In this document: piece by piece, positions 29,807 to 40,046 of the stretch
Numbering within the stretch: the stretch's first letter is position 1
Layout: the number at the start of each line of letters is the position of its first letter
Source: Saprospiraceae bacterium
Lineage (GTDB): Bacteria > Bacteroidota > Bacteroidia > Chitinophagales > Saprospiraceae
Reading direction: 5' to 3'
Length of the DNA: 64,000 nucleotides
NCBI GenBank assembly: GCA_965223105.1
Contig: OZ244987.1
Span: 2,300,192 to 2,364,191, forward strand
Made by a program: the position numbers and the translations under genes
Notes under the pieces: generated by a model
Seen by the model: the letters and a program-made list of their open reading frames with translations, nothing else
Told to the model about the DNA's origin: nothing
Databases searched by the model: none

Positions 29807-30073
29807 TTAATGTGATTGACGGTCTGTTGGTCGAAAATTTGACCACTTTACTCCGGCCTTTAGCAGATGAACGTGTTGAAAACCTTAATTTACGTGAACA
29901 GTCGGCGATGAAGAATACCTGGATGAAGAATCTCCTGAGCCAGCCATGTTTTTCTCTTCTTAGTGAATCTCAAGACTGATCAGTATTCTTGTCTTGGAAA
30001 CAATGAAGCAATGATGAGTGTCATTTTAACAAATCAGAACGTTCTACTCAAAAAAAAAGAATCTAATCAAACT

Positions 30074-33013
30074 ATGAGAAGTAAACTTTTCCAATTCACA
30101 GCGATCCTCTTGATTTTAGGCTGTTTGCCCACACTGACCATTGTTGCGCAGAATAGCCAAGAGCAGCAAGAGTCACCACGGCCCGTTCTCGCCAATGCCC
30201 CAGCAACGACAGAAACTCATGAAATTCCAAAAACCAAACAGATGGTGGATCATGGTGGAGAACAAACCGATCCAGAGATACCCATGGATCCGAGGGTCCG
30301 GATGGGGAAATTAGACAATGGATTGGTTTATTATATTCAGAAGAATGAAAAACCGGAAGATCGCGCTGAATTGCGTCTCGCAGTTGGGGTAGGATCGATC
30401 AACGAAGACGACGATCAGCTGGGATTGGCCCACTTTGTTGAGCACATGGCCTTTAACGGGACAACACACTTTAAGAAAAGTGAGCTGGTTGATTACTTAC
30501 AGAGTGTGGGAACCAGGTTTGGTCCCGATCTTAACGCATACACCAGTTTTGATGAAACAGTATATATGTTGCAAGTACGTACAGACTCCCAGGCATTGTT
30601 TGACAAGGGAATGTTGATACTGGAGGATTGGGCCCAGGGAGTTGCTTTTGAGGACGAGGAGATTGACAAAGAGCGCGGAGTCGTTGAATCGGAACTGCGA
30701 TCGGGACTTAGTGCAGAGGAGAGAATGCGAAATGAGTACTTGCCGGTCATTTTTCACGAATCCAAGTATGCAGATCGCCTTCCCATTGGTACTCGTGAAA
30801 TAATCAATAACGCACCTTATGAAGCCTTCAAACGCTACTATCGGGATTGGTACCGTCCCAATCTTATGGCAGTGGTCGTGGTGGGAGACATCGATGTTGA
30901 TGATGTTGAAGCCGACATCAAACAGAGGTTTGCCAAGTTGACTAATCCGGAAGAACCGCGGCAGAGAGAGACCTATGGTTTCCCTGATCACGAGGAAACC
31001 CTGATTGTCATAACCTCTGACAAGGAAGCTACTTTCACCACGGCTAGGGTGATGTATAAGCACCAGCACAAGAAGGTGAAGAATCTGGATGATTACCGGC
31101 GATCGTTGGTACAGAATGTGTACAACCGGATGCTTAACAACCGCCTTGACGAACTTCGACAAGCTGCTGATCCGCCCTTCCTTTATGGTTATTCAGGGTA
31201 TGGACGACAGGTTGGCAATTTGGACAGTTACACGTCATATGTCTCCACCGGCGAAGGTGAAGTGATGAAGGGATTGCGTGCGGTGCTAGAGGAAAACAAG
31301 AGAGCCCTGGAGCACGGTTTCACTGAAAGCGAATTGCAACGTACCGTATTGGAAATGATCAGCGAGGCGGAGACTTCAGCTAAAGAGGAAGACAAAACCC
31401 AATCGGGCTCACTAGCCATGCGTTATGTCTATCATTATCTCAATGAAAATCCCGTACCTAGTCCCACACAGAGATTCGAATTGTACCAGAAATTGTTGCC
31501 CACTATCCAACTTCAAGAGATCAATGATCTGGCTAATCAGTGGATCACCGATGGCAGCAACCGAGTAATTGTCATTACAGGACCCAAAAAAGAAGAAGTT
31601 CCTTTACCCACAAAAGATGAGGTACTGTCATTGATTGAAGAAGTTGATAAAACCCCAGTCGACCCCTATGAAGACACGGTAACAGATCAACCCCTTATCG
31701 CTGATCTCCCTCCACCGGGGTCCATTGCCGCTGCTAACATCATGGATAAGATTGGTGTGACCGAGTGGACTTTGTCCAATGGGGTTAGGGTGATTTTGAA
31801 ACCTTCGGATTTCCAAAATGACGAAATCATCTTTACTGCTTTTAGTCCGGGAGGGCATTCACTGTATCCCGATGAGGATTATTGGTCGGCTGCACTGGCT
31901 TCAGCCATTGTGAATCAATCTGGTGTGGCAGACTTCAACAGCATTCAATTGGAAAAAGTGCTTGCTGGCAAACAGGTTCGGGCAAACCCCTACATAAGTG
32001 ACCTCGAGGAGGGCATGCAAGGATTTAGTACCATCAAGGACTTGGAGACCATGTTTCAACTTATTCACCTCTATTTCACCTCCCCACGAAAAGATAGTGA
32101 AGCATACCAATCCTTAATGACTCGCCAAAAGCAGATCTTGCAAAACCTCATGGTCAATCCCAATTACTATTTCCGGGAGCAACTCAATAAGATCAAATAC
32201 AATGATCACTTGCGAAAGGGCATCCCCAAAGCTGAGGAGTTAGACCAGGTCGATTTGGACAAGGTTTTCACGGTTTATGAAGATCGTTTTGCCGACGCCT
32301 CTGATTTTACCTTCATATTTGTAGGCAACTTTACCGAGGAATCCATTAAACCCCTCGTCGAACAGTATCTTGCTACCCTTCCTGCAACCGACCGGGAGGA
32401 ATCTTGGCAGGATGTCAACGCAGACGTGGCGGAGGGCAAGATTGTGGAAAGATTCTCTTTTGGTGAAGCTCCCAAAGCACAAGTCGATATGAGCTGGTCT
32501 GGTGAAATGGATTGGGACGATCGTTCCAATCGCTTCGAACACAATGTGTTGCTAGAAATATTGAAAAACCGTTTGCGCGAATCTATGCGAGAAGACCAGG
32601 GTGGAGTTTATGGAGTTAGGGTGAGTGGTGGTGTTTCCAAGCAACCAAAGGAGGGATACAGCGTAAGTTTTTCCTTTAATGCTGAGCCTGATCAAGTAGA
32701 TACACTGATAAATGTTGCCTTGACAGAAGTGGAAAGTATGGTAAAAGAGGGTCCAACGGAAGAGGACCTGCAAAAGGTACTTGAAGTTTTAAGACAATCA
32801 CGAATCAAGAACTTGAAGGAAAATAACTATTGGTCTTCCGCTTTAAAGAGGCACTATTGGTTTGGTCTCGATCCCGAAATGATCTTGTTAGACCATTATG
32901 ATGAGCTGTTGTCATCAGTGGATTCCGAGGCGATCCATGAAATGGCTAAGGAGGTATTTTCCACTAAGAATTACATCCAGCTAGTGATGATGCCAGAGGA
33001 AGAAAAAGAATAG
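30074..33013 (+). CDS. M16 (pitrilysin/insulinase) family zinc peptidase, double-module ~980 aa, secreted
   Basis: Trimmed to MRSKLFQFTAILLILGCLPTLTIVAQ (signal peptide). Inverted zinc motif HFVEHMAFNGT (HxxEH). A second inactive M16 pair occupies the C-terminal half. Confidence 0.85.
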   Translation: MRSKLFQFTAILLILGCLPTLTIVAQNSQEQQESPRPVLANAPATTETHEIPKTKQMVDHGGEQTDPEIPMDPRVRMGKLDNGLVYYIQKNEKPEDRAELRLAVGVGSINEDDDQLGLAHFVEHMAFNGTTHFKKSELVDYLQSVGTRFGPDLNAYTSFDETVYMLQVRTDSQALFDKGMLILEDWAQGVAFEDEEIDKERGVVESELRSGLSAEERMRNEYLPVIFHESKYADRLPIGTREIINNAPYEAFKRYYRDWYRPNLMAVVVVGDIDVDDVEADIKQRFAKLTNPEEPRQRETYGFPDHEETLIVITSDKEATFTTARVMYKHQHKKVKNLDDYRRSLVQNVYNRMLNNRLDELRQAADPPFLYGYSGYGRQVGNLDSYTSYVSTGEGEVMKGLRAVLEENKRALEHGFTESELQRTVLEMISEAETSAKEEDKTQSGSLAMRYVYHYLNENPVPSPTQRFELYQKLLPTIQLQEINDLANQWITDGSNRVIVITGPKKEEVPLPTKDEVLSLIEEVDKTPVDPYEDTVTDQPLIADLPPPGSIAAANIMDKIGVTEWTLSNGVRVILKPSDFQNDEIIFTAFSPGGHSLYPDEDYWSAALASAIVNQSGVADFNSIQLEKVLAGKQVRANPYISDLEEGMQGFSTIKDLETMFQLIHLYFTSPRKDSEAYQSLMTRQKQILQNLMVNPNYYFREQLNKIKYNDHLRKGIPKAEELDQVDLDKVFTVYEDRFADASDFTFIFVGNFTEESIKPLVEQYLATLPATDREESWQDVNADVAEGKIVERFSFGEAPKAQVDMSWSGEMDWDDRSNRFEHNVLLEILKNRLRESMREDQGGVYGVRVSGGVSKQPKEGYSVSFSFNAEPDQVDTLINVALTEVESMVKEGPTEEDLQKVLEVLRQSRIKNLKENNYWSSALKRHYWFGLDPEMILLDHYDELLSSVDSEAIHEMAKEVFSTKNYIQLVMMPEEEKE

Positions 33014-33045
33014 ATATCTTTGGATTCATTGCCTCAGTGATATCA

Positions 33046-33492
33046 ATGCTTAACCTCATTCGTACCCTTTTACCTTCTGTGGCCATGCTGTGTGCTTTGT
33101 CTATCTCGGCACAAGATGCTCCACTGTATGGTACATGGCATGGAAAGATGAAGACGGCAAATGGTGCTCGATATGTATTTAGTTTAGACATATTGCCGGA
33201 ACGGGATGGTGGTTGGGGGAGTTTAAAGGCTGTAGCGATTCATAACAGGAACGGAGATCAGGAAGTCATCGAATTGACAGGAATCATTTATGCCGATAAA
33301 AGTATCTATTTGAGTGATGTGATCGATCGATATGAGGCCCTCAAGGATGGGAGGAGAGTCAGTAAATTGCAATTTCTTCTAAAATATAAGGACGGTAACT
33401 ATCACCTGGATGGCCATTGGCAAGAATACCGGGATTTACGAAGATATCGAAAGGGTAGGCTCTTTTTGCGAAAATTGCAGAGCAAGGCCTAA
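33046..33492 (+). CDS. Hypothetical secreted protein
   Basis: ORF with signal peptide MLNLIRTLLPSVAMLCALSISAQ (ATG at 33046; the track starts at GTG 33037). No motif recognised. Confidence 0.5.
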   Translation: MLNLIRTLLPSVAMLCALSISAQDAPLYGTWHGKMKTANGARYVFSLDILPERDGGWGSLKAVAIHNRNGDQEVIELTGIIYADKSIYLSDVIDRYEALKDGRRVSKLQFLLKYKDGNYHLDGHWQEYRDLRRYRKGRLFLRKLQSKA

Positions 33493-33504
33493 ACGGGACC
33501 TTTA

Positions 33505-34749
33505 TCATCTGGCTATCACCAGCCGTTTCACCAAGGTGCTTCTCTTATCAAACATCTGGAGGAGGTAGGTGCCAGATGGCAATTGGCTGACATCAATGGT
33601 ATTTCTTTTGTCCTGCACTGAAGTTTCTGTGAGCAAGTCGCCGGTAATCGAGTAAATCGAAACATGTAAAGTAGGAGAGGATTCGTTGATTTGCAGCGTT
33701 AGAATTTCTTTGGCCGGATTGGGATAAAACTGAAGCTCAAGATGGCCAAGTACATCTGCAGCTGCCGTACTTTGATTAGAAACGCACGCACACTGTTCTT
33801 CATCCCAAATCGCATTTTGGGTACAAACAGGGGGATAGTCGACCGGAGCTATAGTTACCGCGTATCTGATATCTATCGTATCGTCATCGATAAGAACATC
33901 AGTCAAATATACCTGGTAAGTCAAATCTTCAGTGCCATATTTCGGTACCAATTCTTTCATAGGTTCCCATACGATGGTATTGTCTCCAAAGCCATTCTTC
34001 AAAGGCATGGTTTCCAAAGCGATCTCAGATTCAAATTGGTCTTTCATCTGGATTTTTGTCATGGTGAAATTCGCATGTGGGAGTCCCAGTGACCATCGAT
34101 CCGGTAGGAGGGGAGCAGGGAAAAATCCAGCACTGGGATATGCAATGTATTCCAAGTCTGGCGGAGGTGCAGTTTTGGTATGGATAACGTACAGGGCGTG
34201 GGCATTGGAAGTAGAGCCCAACCCAAATTCCTTCGCACGACTATATAAGATCCAACGACGATGACCTACTGCGGAATTGTTCATCCCTGGATCAAGCATA
34301 TATAGGGAGATGGCAGCAGTGCCATGTACCCCCAGAGCTAAATTGGATCTCATGGCAGCTTGGAGGCCGTCTGGAGAAAAGCAAGTCCACTGGCTGTCGG
34401 GTTGATGGGCGAGATCATTTTGAGCGTGCATCATTAGGGCTGCTTCCTGACACATTTTCTCCAGGCCAGGATCGTAAAAGACTGGATTGCTTATTCCGGC
34501 CAAACGCCTAAAGTAATTTATACGCATCATGCTCAATGCGATAGCTTGGTCTGATATTTTTCCAGACTTACATGTGCCAATATCGCCATCCCAACCTAGA
34601 TCTGTCGTGAGCAGAACCGACCCTAAATAGTGGGTTTCATAATCGCGAACCATGGTCAATCGATCACATTGGGATGAGATGATGGTGACTTGAAATATTG
34701 ATACGATGAAGCATAAACAAAGGCATCGGCATCCAGCGCAGCGTTGCAT
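33505..34749 (-). CDS. CAP/SCP (PR-1-like) domain protein with T9SS type A C-terminal sorting domain
   Basis: CAP-type pattern: RINYFRRLAGISNPVFYDPGLEKMCQEAALMM...VGHRRWILYS. The C-terminal ~75 aa (LQFYPNPAKEILTLQ...LPSGTYLLQM...KRLVIAR) fit the Por secretion tail. Confidence 0.65.
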   Translation of the reverse strand: MQRCAGCRCLCLCFIVSIFQVTIISSQCDRLTMVRDYETHYLGSVLLTTDLGWDGDIGTCKSGKISDQAIALSMMRINYFRRLAGISNPVFYDPGLEKMCQEAALMMHAQNDLAHQPDSQWTCFSPDGLQAAMRSNLALGVHGTAAISLYMLDPGMNNSAVGHRRWILYSRAKEFGLGSTSNAHALYVIHTKTAPPPDLEYIAYPSAGFFPAPLLPDRWSLGLPHANFTMTKIQMKDQFESEIALETMPLKNGFGDNTIVWEPMKELVPKYGTEDLTYQVYLTDVLIDDDTIDIRYAVTIAPVDYPPVCTQNAIWDEEQCACVSNQSTAAADVLGHLELQFYPNPAKEILTLQINESSPTLHVSIYSITGDLLTETSVQDKRNTIDVSQLPSGTYLLQMFDKRSTLVKRLVIAR

Positions 34750-34904
34750 GGTATTATTGCTTTTCTCAATGGGTTTCCTTCACAGCTTGATTGGGAACGA
34801 CTTCCTCAAATAGACGAGGATGGTCAGACAAGAGAAAAGCAAAAATTATGCTAAAGCTGAGTGGTATGAGAATAGCTTATAGAGTGCGGGTACTGATGGG
34901 AGAG

Positions 34905-35786
34905 TTATCCCTTCTGCTGTCGTCGCATATTCGCCAGCTGGTCCCAGACCTCCTCATCCACATGGCGAAATGCATTAAATTGTCCTCCATTTTCAAGCCA
35001 TTCACCTCCATCTATAGTGATCACTTCACCATTAATGTATGAAGAATAATCTGACATAAGGTAGGCAGCTAGATTGGCCAGTTCCTGATGATCACCCACA
35101 CGCTGGAGCGGTATTCGGGCAGCTGGGTCAAATTGCTTGCGAACTGTTTCGGGAAAGAGGCGGTCCCAAGCGCCCTTGGTCGGGAAAGGCCCCGGAGCAA
35201 TGGCATTCATACGAATGTGGTACTTACGTCCCCATTCTACAGCCAAAGAGCGAGTTAAAGCCAATACTCCTGCCTTGGCGCAAGCACTAGGTACCGTGTA
35301 TCCAGAACCTGTCCATGCATAGGTAGTTATGATGTTGAGTACTGTCCCTGGTATCTTATGCTCAATCCAATATTTACCGGTCTCGAGCGTATAGTTAACC
35401 GATCCCTGTAATACGATGCCGATTACTGCCTCAAAGGCTTTGATAGAGAGCCTTTCGGTGGGAGACACAAAATTTCCGGCTGCATTGTTGATTAAACCGT
35501 CGATTTTTCCGAAGGCCTCTATCGTCTTTGCAATGACTTTTCCAACCGATCCGGCATCTCTGACATCTCCACTTACGGCAATGATGTCTCCTTGTGTTTC
35601 TTCGGCTATAGATTGCGCAGTTTGCTCGATTACTTCTTTTCGCCGGCTGGTGATACATATTTTTGCACCCAGGGTCGCCAAATATTTACTCATGGATCTT
35701 CCCAGTCCGGTACCACCGCCGGTTACGATAATGACCTTGTCCTGTAGAACCGATTCTTTGAACATTGGATCTCGATAACTATTCAT
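34905..35786 (-). CDS. SDR-family oxidoreductase, 2,4-dienoyl-CoA reductase-like
   Basis: KVIIVTGGGTGLGRSM cofactor loop, SGDVRD, and a catalytic YxxxK-equivalent region. The overall pattern resembles DECR/PECR-type reductases. Confidence 0.7.
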   Translation of the reverse strand: MNSYRDPMFKESVLQDKVIIVTGGGTGLGRSMSKYLATLGAKICITSRRKEVIEQTAQSIAEETQGDIIAVSGDVRDAGSVGKVIAKTIEAFGKIDGLINNAAGNFVSPTERLSIKAFEAVIGIVLQGSVNYTLETGKYWIEHKIPGTVLNIITTYAWTGSGYTVPSACAKAGVLALTRSLAVEWGRKYHIRMNAIAPGPFPTKGAWDRLFPETVRKQFDPAARIPLQRVGDHQELANLAAYLMSDYSSYINGEVITIDGGEWLENGGQFNAFRHVDEEVWDQLANMRRQQKG

Positions 35787-35792
35787 CTTACA

Positions 35793-38480
35793 CTAGACTT
35801 CGCTGCCTTCTAAGAGAGCTTTTAATTCACTTAATTTCATCATACATTCTATTGGGGTCATGGTATTTACATCAATGGTAGAGATGGCTTCTTTTACCTT
35901 CCCGGCACTTTCATCGGTGTGGTCGAAAATGCTGAGCTGTAATTGAGGGGGCGGATAGGCCTTTAGCGTTTCTTCGACTGATTCATCTTCGGACGCTGCT
36001 TGTGTTAGCGACTTTGCCTCAAGCTGTGCCAACAAGGCCGCCGCGCGTTTCAAGATGGGGTAGGGCATGCCCGCCATTTTCGCTACGTGAATACCAAAGC
36101 TGTGCTGGCTTCCCCCTGGTACCAACTTTCGGAGGAACAGCACCTTGTTGGAAACTTCTTTAGTGGCAATATTGTAGTTTTTGATCCGGCGAAACTTGGC
36201 TGCTAGCTCGTTTAGCTCGTGGTAATGGGTGGCAAACAAGGTCTTGGGTCTGGCTAAAGGATTGTCGTGCAGATATTCGGCAATCGACCAAGCAATGGAA
36301 ATACCGTCATAGGTGCTGGTGCCACGTCCAATTTCATCGAGTAAAATTAGGCTTCTCTCGGAGATGTTGTTCATGATACTGGCCGTTTCATTCATCTCCA
36401 CCATGAAAGTAGATTCACCGGAAGAAATGTTGTCAGAAGCTCCCACTCGAGTAAAGATCTTATCAACGATCCCAATCCTTGCCTTGGTTGCTGGGATATA
36501 ACAACCCATTTGAGCCAATATGGTGATTAGGGCCACTTGCCGTAATAAGGCAGATTTTCCAGCCATGTTCGGCCCTGTGATCATCATGATTTGGGTATCA
36601 TCATTGTCCAGAAGTATATCATTTGGAACATAATGATCACCTGGATCCATTTGCTGCTCAATCACCGGATGCCGTCCATCTCTGATATCAATGCTAAGTG
36701 AATGATCAATTTCAGGCCGGCCATAGGATCTTTGTCGGGCTAGGTTAGAGAAGCTTACAAGACAATCTAATTGCGCCAGCAACTGTGCATTGGCTTGTAC
36801 TGGAGCTATGTAGTCGTAGCAGGAGGCCACCAGGCTATTAAATATGGAAGTCTCCAACTCCCTTAGATTGTCTTCGGCATGAAGGACTTTCGTTTCCAGT
36901 TCCTTCAAGTCTTCAGTGATGTACCGTTCTGAGCCAGTTAAGGTCTGTTTCCGGATCCAATGGTCAGGTACCAGACCCTGGTCTTTGTATCGATTGGTCA
37001 CTTCGAGGTAGTAGCCAAACACATTGTTAAAACCAATCTTTAGGTTTAAGATCCCAGTGGCTGTAGCTTCGCGTTGCTGTATTTCAGTGAGCAGATCTTT
37101 ACTATGCAATATGATATGTTTCCATTCATCCAATGGCTTGGATACGCCTTCCCTTATCACGTCGCCCTTGTGAATTTGAGCCGGTGGATCATCGACAAGG
37201 GTGGTCAGGATAGACTCGCGTAAACTGACACAGGGGCTAAGATGTTCTCCAGTCTTAGTCAGGAGAGGATCGGCTTGATTTTCTAAAGTTTCCTTAAGAG
37301 AGGGGACAACCAACAGCGCTTTAGCCAGCTGCATGATGTCTCGGGGATTGGCTTTTCCTACTGAAATCTTCGCTACCAACCTCTCCAGATCTCCACTCTT
37401 GGTCAGTGCCTCGGTGATCTCTTCAACGACCTCGTCGGAGTCCTTAAGAATAGTGACAGCTGACAACCTTTCCTCTATGGTATCTTTGTTTTTAAGCGGG
37501 AGAAGTAACCACTTTTTAAGGAGTCTACTGCCCATCGGTGAAGTAGTAAGGTCAATCACGTCAATCATGGATACACCCGTGGGATGGTTAGAGTGGATCA
37601 ACTCTAAATTGCGGATGGTGAAGCGATCAAGCCAAACATACTCATCGGGAATTAATCGCTGAATCTTCCTAATGTGAGGAATCTTATGGTTTTCGGTGAT
37701 TCCTAGGTAGTGGATAATGGCTCCTCCGGCAATCTGACCCAGTGATAAATCTTCTACACCGAATCCCTTGAGTGAGTGTAAGTCGAAATGATCGAGGAGT
37801 TTCTGCCGTCCGTATTCCTGGACGAAAACCCACTCGTCTAGGGGATAGATAAAGTACTGGTCTCCAAATTGAGCAGTAAAATCCTCCCGGTGGTCCTTTG
37901 AAAAAATTACCTCTGATGGAGGAAAGCTTTGAAATAGTTTTTCCAAGTAAGCGGGATCACCTTCTGACATAAAGAATTCACCGGTTGAGAGATCGCAAAG
38001 AGCGATTCCCATCTGTCGATTATTGTGATAGTGTACGGAGGCCAGAAAATTGTTGTGGTTGCGATCAAGAAGGTGGTCGTCCGTAACTACACCTGGAGTT
38101 ACTACTTCGGTCACGCCCCGGTCTACGATCTTCTTTTCCTTGCTGGGTTTTTCTAATTGTTCACAAATGGCCACCCGATAGCCTGCCTTGACGAGTCGTG
38201 GCAGATACATGTCAATGGAATGATACGGGAATCCCGCCAGTTCCACCTGACTACCTCCATTATTTCGATTGGTGAGTACAATGCCTAGAATTCTAGCGGT
38301 CTTCACTGCGTCTTCACCAAAAGTCTCGTAGAAGTCACCCACCCTAAACAATAGAATCGTTTCCGGATACTTTTGCTTGATCCGGAAATATTGATCCATC
38401 AAGGGTGTTGTGCGACTTGCCTTCTTGGGTTTATTCTTCTTATCAGCTTTTGATTTTGCCAAACCAACTCCTTTCTCCAA
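35793..38480 (-). CDS. mutS: DNA mismatch repair protein MutS
   Basis: TPLMDQYFRIKQKYPETILLFRVGDFYETFGEDA, Walker A GPNMAGKS and STFMVEM. The proposed start is TTG; the exact start is uncertain. Confidence 0.95.
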   Translation of the reverse strand: MEKGVGLAKSKADKKNKPKKASRTTPLMDQYFRIKQKYPETILLFRVGDFYETFGEDAVKTARILGIVLTNRNNGGSQVELAGFPYHSIDMYLPRLVKAGYRVAICEQLEKPSKEKKIVDRGVTEVVTPGVVTDDHLLDRNHNNFLASVHYHNNRQMGIALCDLSTGEFFMSEGDPAYLEKLFQSFPPSEVIFSKDHREDFTAQFGDQYFIYPLDEWVFVQEYGRQKLLDHFDLHSLKGFGVEDLSLGQIAGGAIIHYLGITENHKIPHIRKIQRLIPDEYVWLDRFTIRNLELIHSNHPTGVSMIDVIDLTTSPMGSRLLKKWLLLPLKNKDTIEERLSAVTILKDSDEVVEEITEALTKSGDLERLVAKISVGKANPRDIMQLAKALLVVPSLKETLENQADPLLTKTGEHLSPCVSLRESILTTLVDDPPAQIHKGDVIREGVSKPLDEWKHIILHSKDLLTEIQQREATATGILNLKIGFNNVFGYYLEVTNRYKDQGLVPDHWIRKQTLTGSERYITEDLKELETKVLHAEDNLRELETSIFNSLVASCYDYIAPVQANAQLLAQLDCLVSFSNLARQRSYGRPEIDHSLSIDIRDGRHPVIEQQMDPGDHYVPNDILLDNDDTQIMMITGPNMAGKSALLRQVALITILAQMGCYIPATKARIGIVDKIFTRVGASDNISSGESTFMVEMNETASIMNNISERSLILLDEIGRGTSTYDGISIAWSIAEYLHDNPLARPKTLFATHYHELNELAAKFRRIKNYNIATKEVSNKVLFLRKLVPGGSQHSFGIHVAKMAGMPYPILKRAAALLAQLEAKSLTQAASEDESVEETLKAYPPPQLQLSIFDHTDESAGKVKEAISTIDVNTMTPIECMMKLSELKALLEGSEV

Positions 38481-38701
38481 AGATAGGTTTAATATATTGG
38501 ATTAATCTATATACATCAAGTGTGGAAATGTGGAAAAATAAGACCGTAACTGCTATAGAGTGATGTGATTTTGCCAAGTGAAGTGTTCTGGCTAGAGACA
38601 CAATAAGCCGTGCTGGTGTAAAGGCAAAATCGTCAGTCACCGGGGTTAAAATGACCTTGTTTGGTGTTCGACCTCGACAGGGCCAGGGCCTTATGGAACC
38701 T

Positions 38702-39610
38702 TTAGCTTCCGGGTGAAGTTACCAGGTTCTGAACACGGTTCGGATAATCGGAAATAATACCGTCAACGCCAAGGGTTAACATTCGCTGAATATCAATGTT
38801 GTCATTTACCGTCCAGGGAATGATTTCCATCCCATGATGATGTACTTCTTTTACCAAATCTGAGGTTACGTGACGAAAATTTGGACTATATATGGGAGGA
38901 ATAAATCCCAACTCTTCAATATTGGTTTGAAGATCCCGATCGTTGTCGATTAACCAGGCTAGCGATATCTTAGGTGCAGATCTCCTTACTTCCTGCAAAG
39001 TCTCTGCGTCAAAACTTTGGATAATGACTCTATCCTGCACTTTGTGCTCTTCGATTACAGCCAGCACCAATGCGACGAATTTTTCGACTGCGGGATGATA
39101 GACTTGATCCCACTGCGGTCGTCGCTTGATCTCAATGTTGTATCTAATGGGTGACAATTCGTGCTCCTGCCACAGTGCTTCCACCCGGTCGAAAACCTCA
39201 TCAAGTGACGGCTTATAAACTTTTATTTTATGTTGGTCAGGGAAACGGGAGTGCCCTATGCTGCCACAGTCGTACTGTTGAATCTCTTCCAAGGTGAGTC
39301 GGTACAAATTATGGGTCTGTTCTTCATCCTCCGGTATGGTCATGCCCTTGGGGTCCAGCGCGATCTCGTGTGAGAAATAGGGCTCATGAGATACCACAAC
39401 CTGGTGATCCTTCGAAATCACTACATCCATCTCCAGGGTAGTAACTCCCAATTCAATGGCTTTTAGGAAGGCAGGAATTGAATTTTCTGGCATCAGGCCC
39501 CGACAACCTCGGTGGCCCTGAATATCAAATTGGGAGGCAGGTACAGTCATTTTTGAAGCGCATTTGCTGCTGCCCAGTAACACCAGCATCCATAAGAAGT
39601 ATTTGACCAT
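38702..39610 (-). CDS. Glycerophosphodiester phosphodiesterase, secreted
   Basis: QGHRGCRGLMPENSIPAFLKAIELGVTTLEMDVVISKDHQVVVSHEP is the GDPD catalytic signature. An N-terminal signal peptide is present. Confidence 0.85.
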   Translation of the reverse strand: MVKYFLWMLVLLGSSKCASKMTVPASQFDIQGHRGCRGLMPENSIPAFLKAIELGVTTLEMDVVISKDHQVVVSHEPYFSHEIALDPKGMTIPEDEEQTHNLYRLTLEEIQQYDCGSIGHSRFPDQHKIKVYKPSLDEVFDRVEALWQEHELSPIRYNIEIKRRPQWDQVYHPAVEKFVALVLAVIEEHKVQDRVIIQSFDAETLQEVRRSAPKISLAWLIDNDRDLQTNIEELGFIPPIYSPNFRHVTSDLVKEVHHHGMEIIPWTVNDNIDIQRMLTLGVDGIISDYPNRVQNLVTSPGS

Positions 39611-39666
39611 AATTGGTTTTTGTGCAGTGGAATCTATTTGGGATTCTTAATAAATTTTCCAGGTCA

Positions 39667-40029
39667 TCATTCCACATATTCTTGACGTACAACCAAGGCG
39701 ACATAATTTTCATCGATGAAAAGGTAGCCCTGATCGTAGCAAAAGTAATAGGTCTTTCCAGATTTCGTCTGGTATATGTTGGTGTGATAATTGAAATTAA
39801 AACCCGCTGCAATCAATTTTTTCTTATGAAGTTTGGTCTTGCCCTTGGGATTCAATTCGGCTAAGATCCGCCGATTTTTTTTTAAGGTCCGATTAATACT
39901 TCTGATGAAATTACTGGTTCCGCTGTTGAGTCGATTATTGTGGTTATTGCGACAGCTGTCACTACAGAATTTCTTGTCGATTCTGCCAAAGATTTCGCTG
40001 TTGCATTCTGGACAAAGGCGCTTCACCAC
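39667..40029 (-). CDS. Small zinc-ribbon protein (CPEC...CSDSC), function unknown
   Basis: GTG start. The N-terminal CxxC-x13-CxxxC is followed by a basic region. The gene is compact and co-directional between the GDPD and acyl-CoA dehydrogenase genes. Confidence 0.5.
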   Translation of the reverse strand: MVKRLCPECNSEIFGRIDKKFCSDSCRNNHNNRLNSGTSNFIRSINRTLKKNRRILAELNPKGKTKLHKKKLIAAGFNFNYHTNIYQTKSGKTYYFCYDQGYLFIDENYVALVVRQEYVE

Positions 40030-40046
40030 ATTGTCTAGCTTGAGGC

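Noticed and set aside
30497-31162. 221-aa antisense ORF inside the M16 peptidase gene. Similar cases are 18812..19354 (180 aa) antisense to the first permease gene and 4629..5042 inside the PhoD-like gene.
   Set aside because: Long stop-free antisense or alternative frames are common opposite strongly coding regions. The translations are low-complexity or Cys/Ser/Arg-rich with no motifs, and the sense-strand proteins have clear family signatures.
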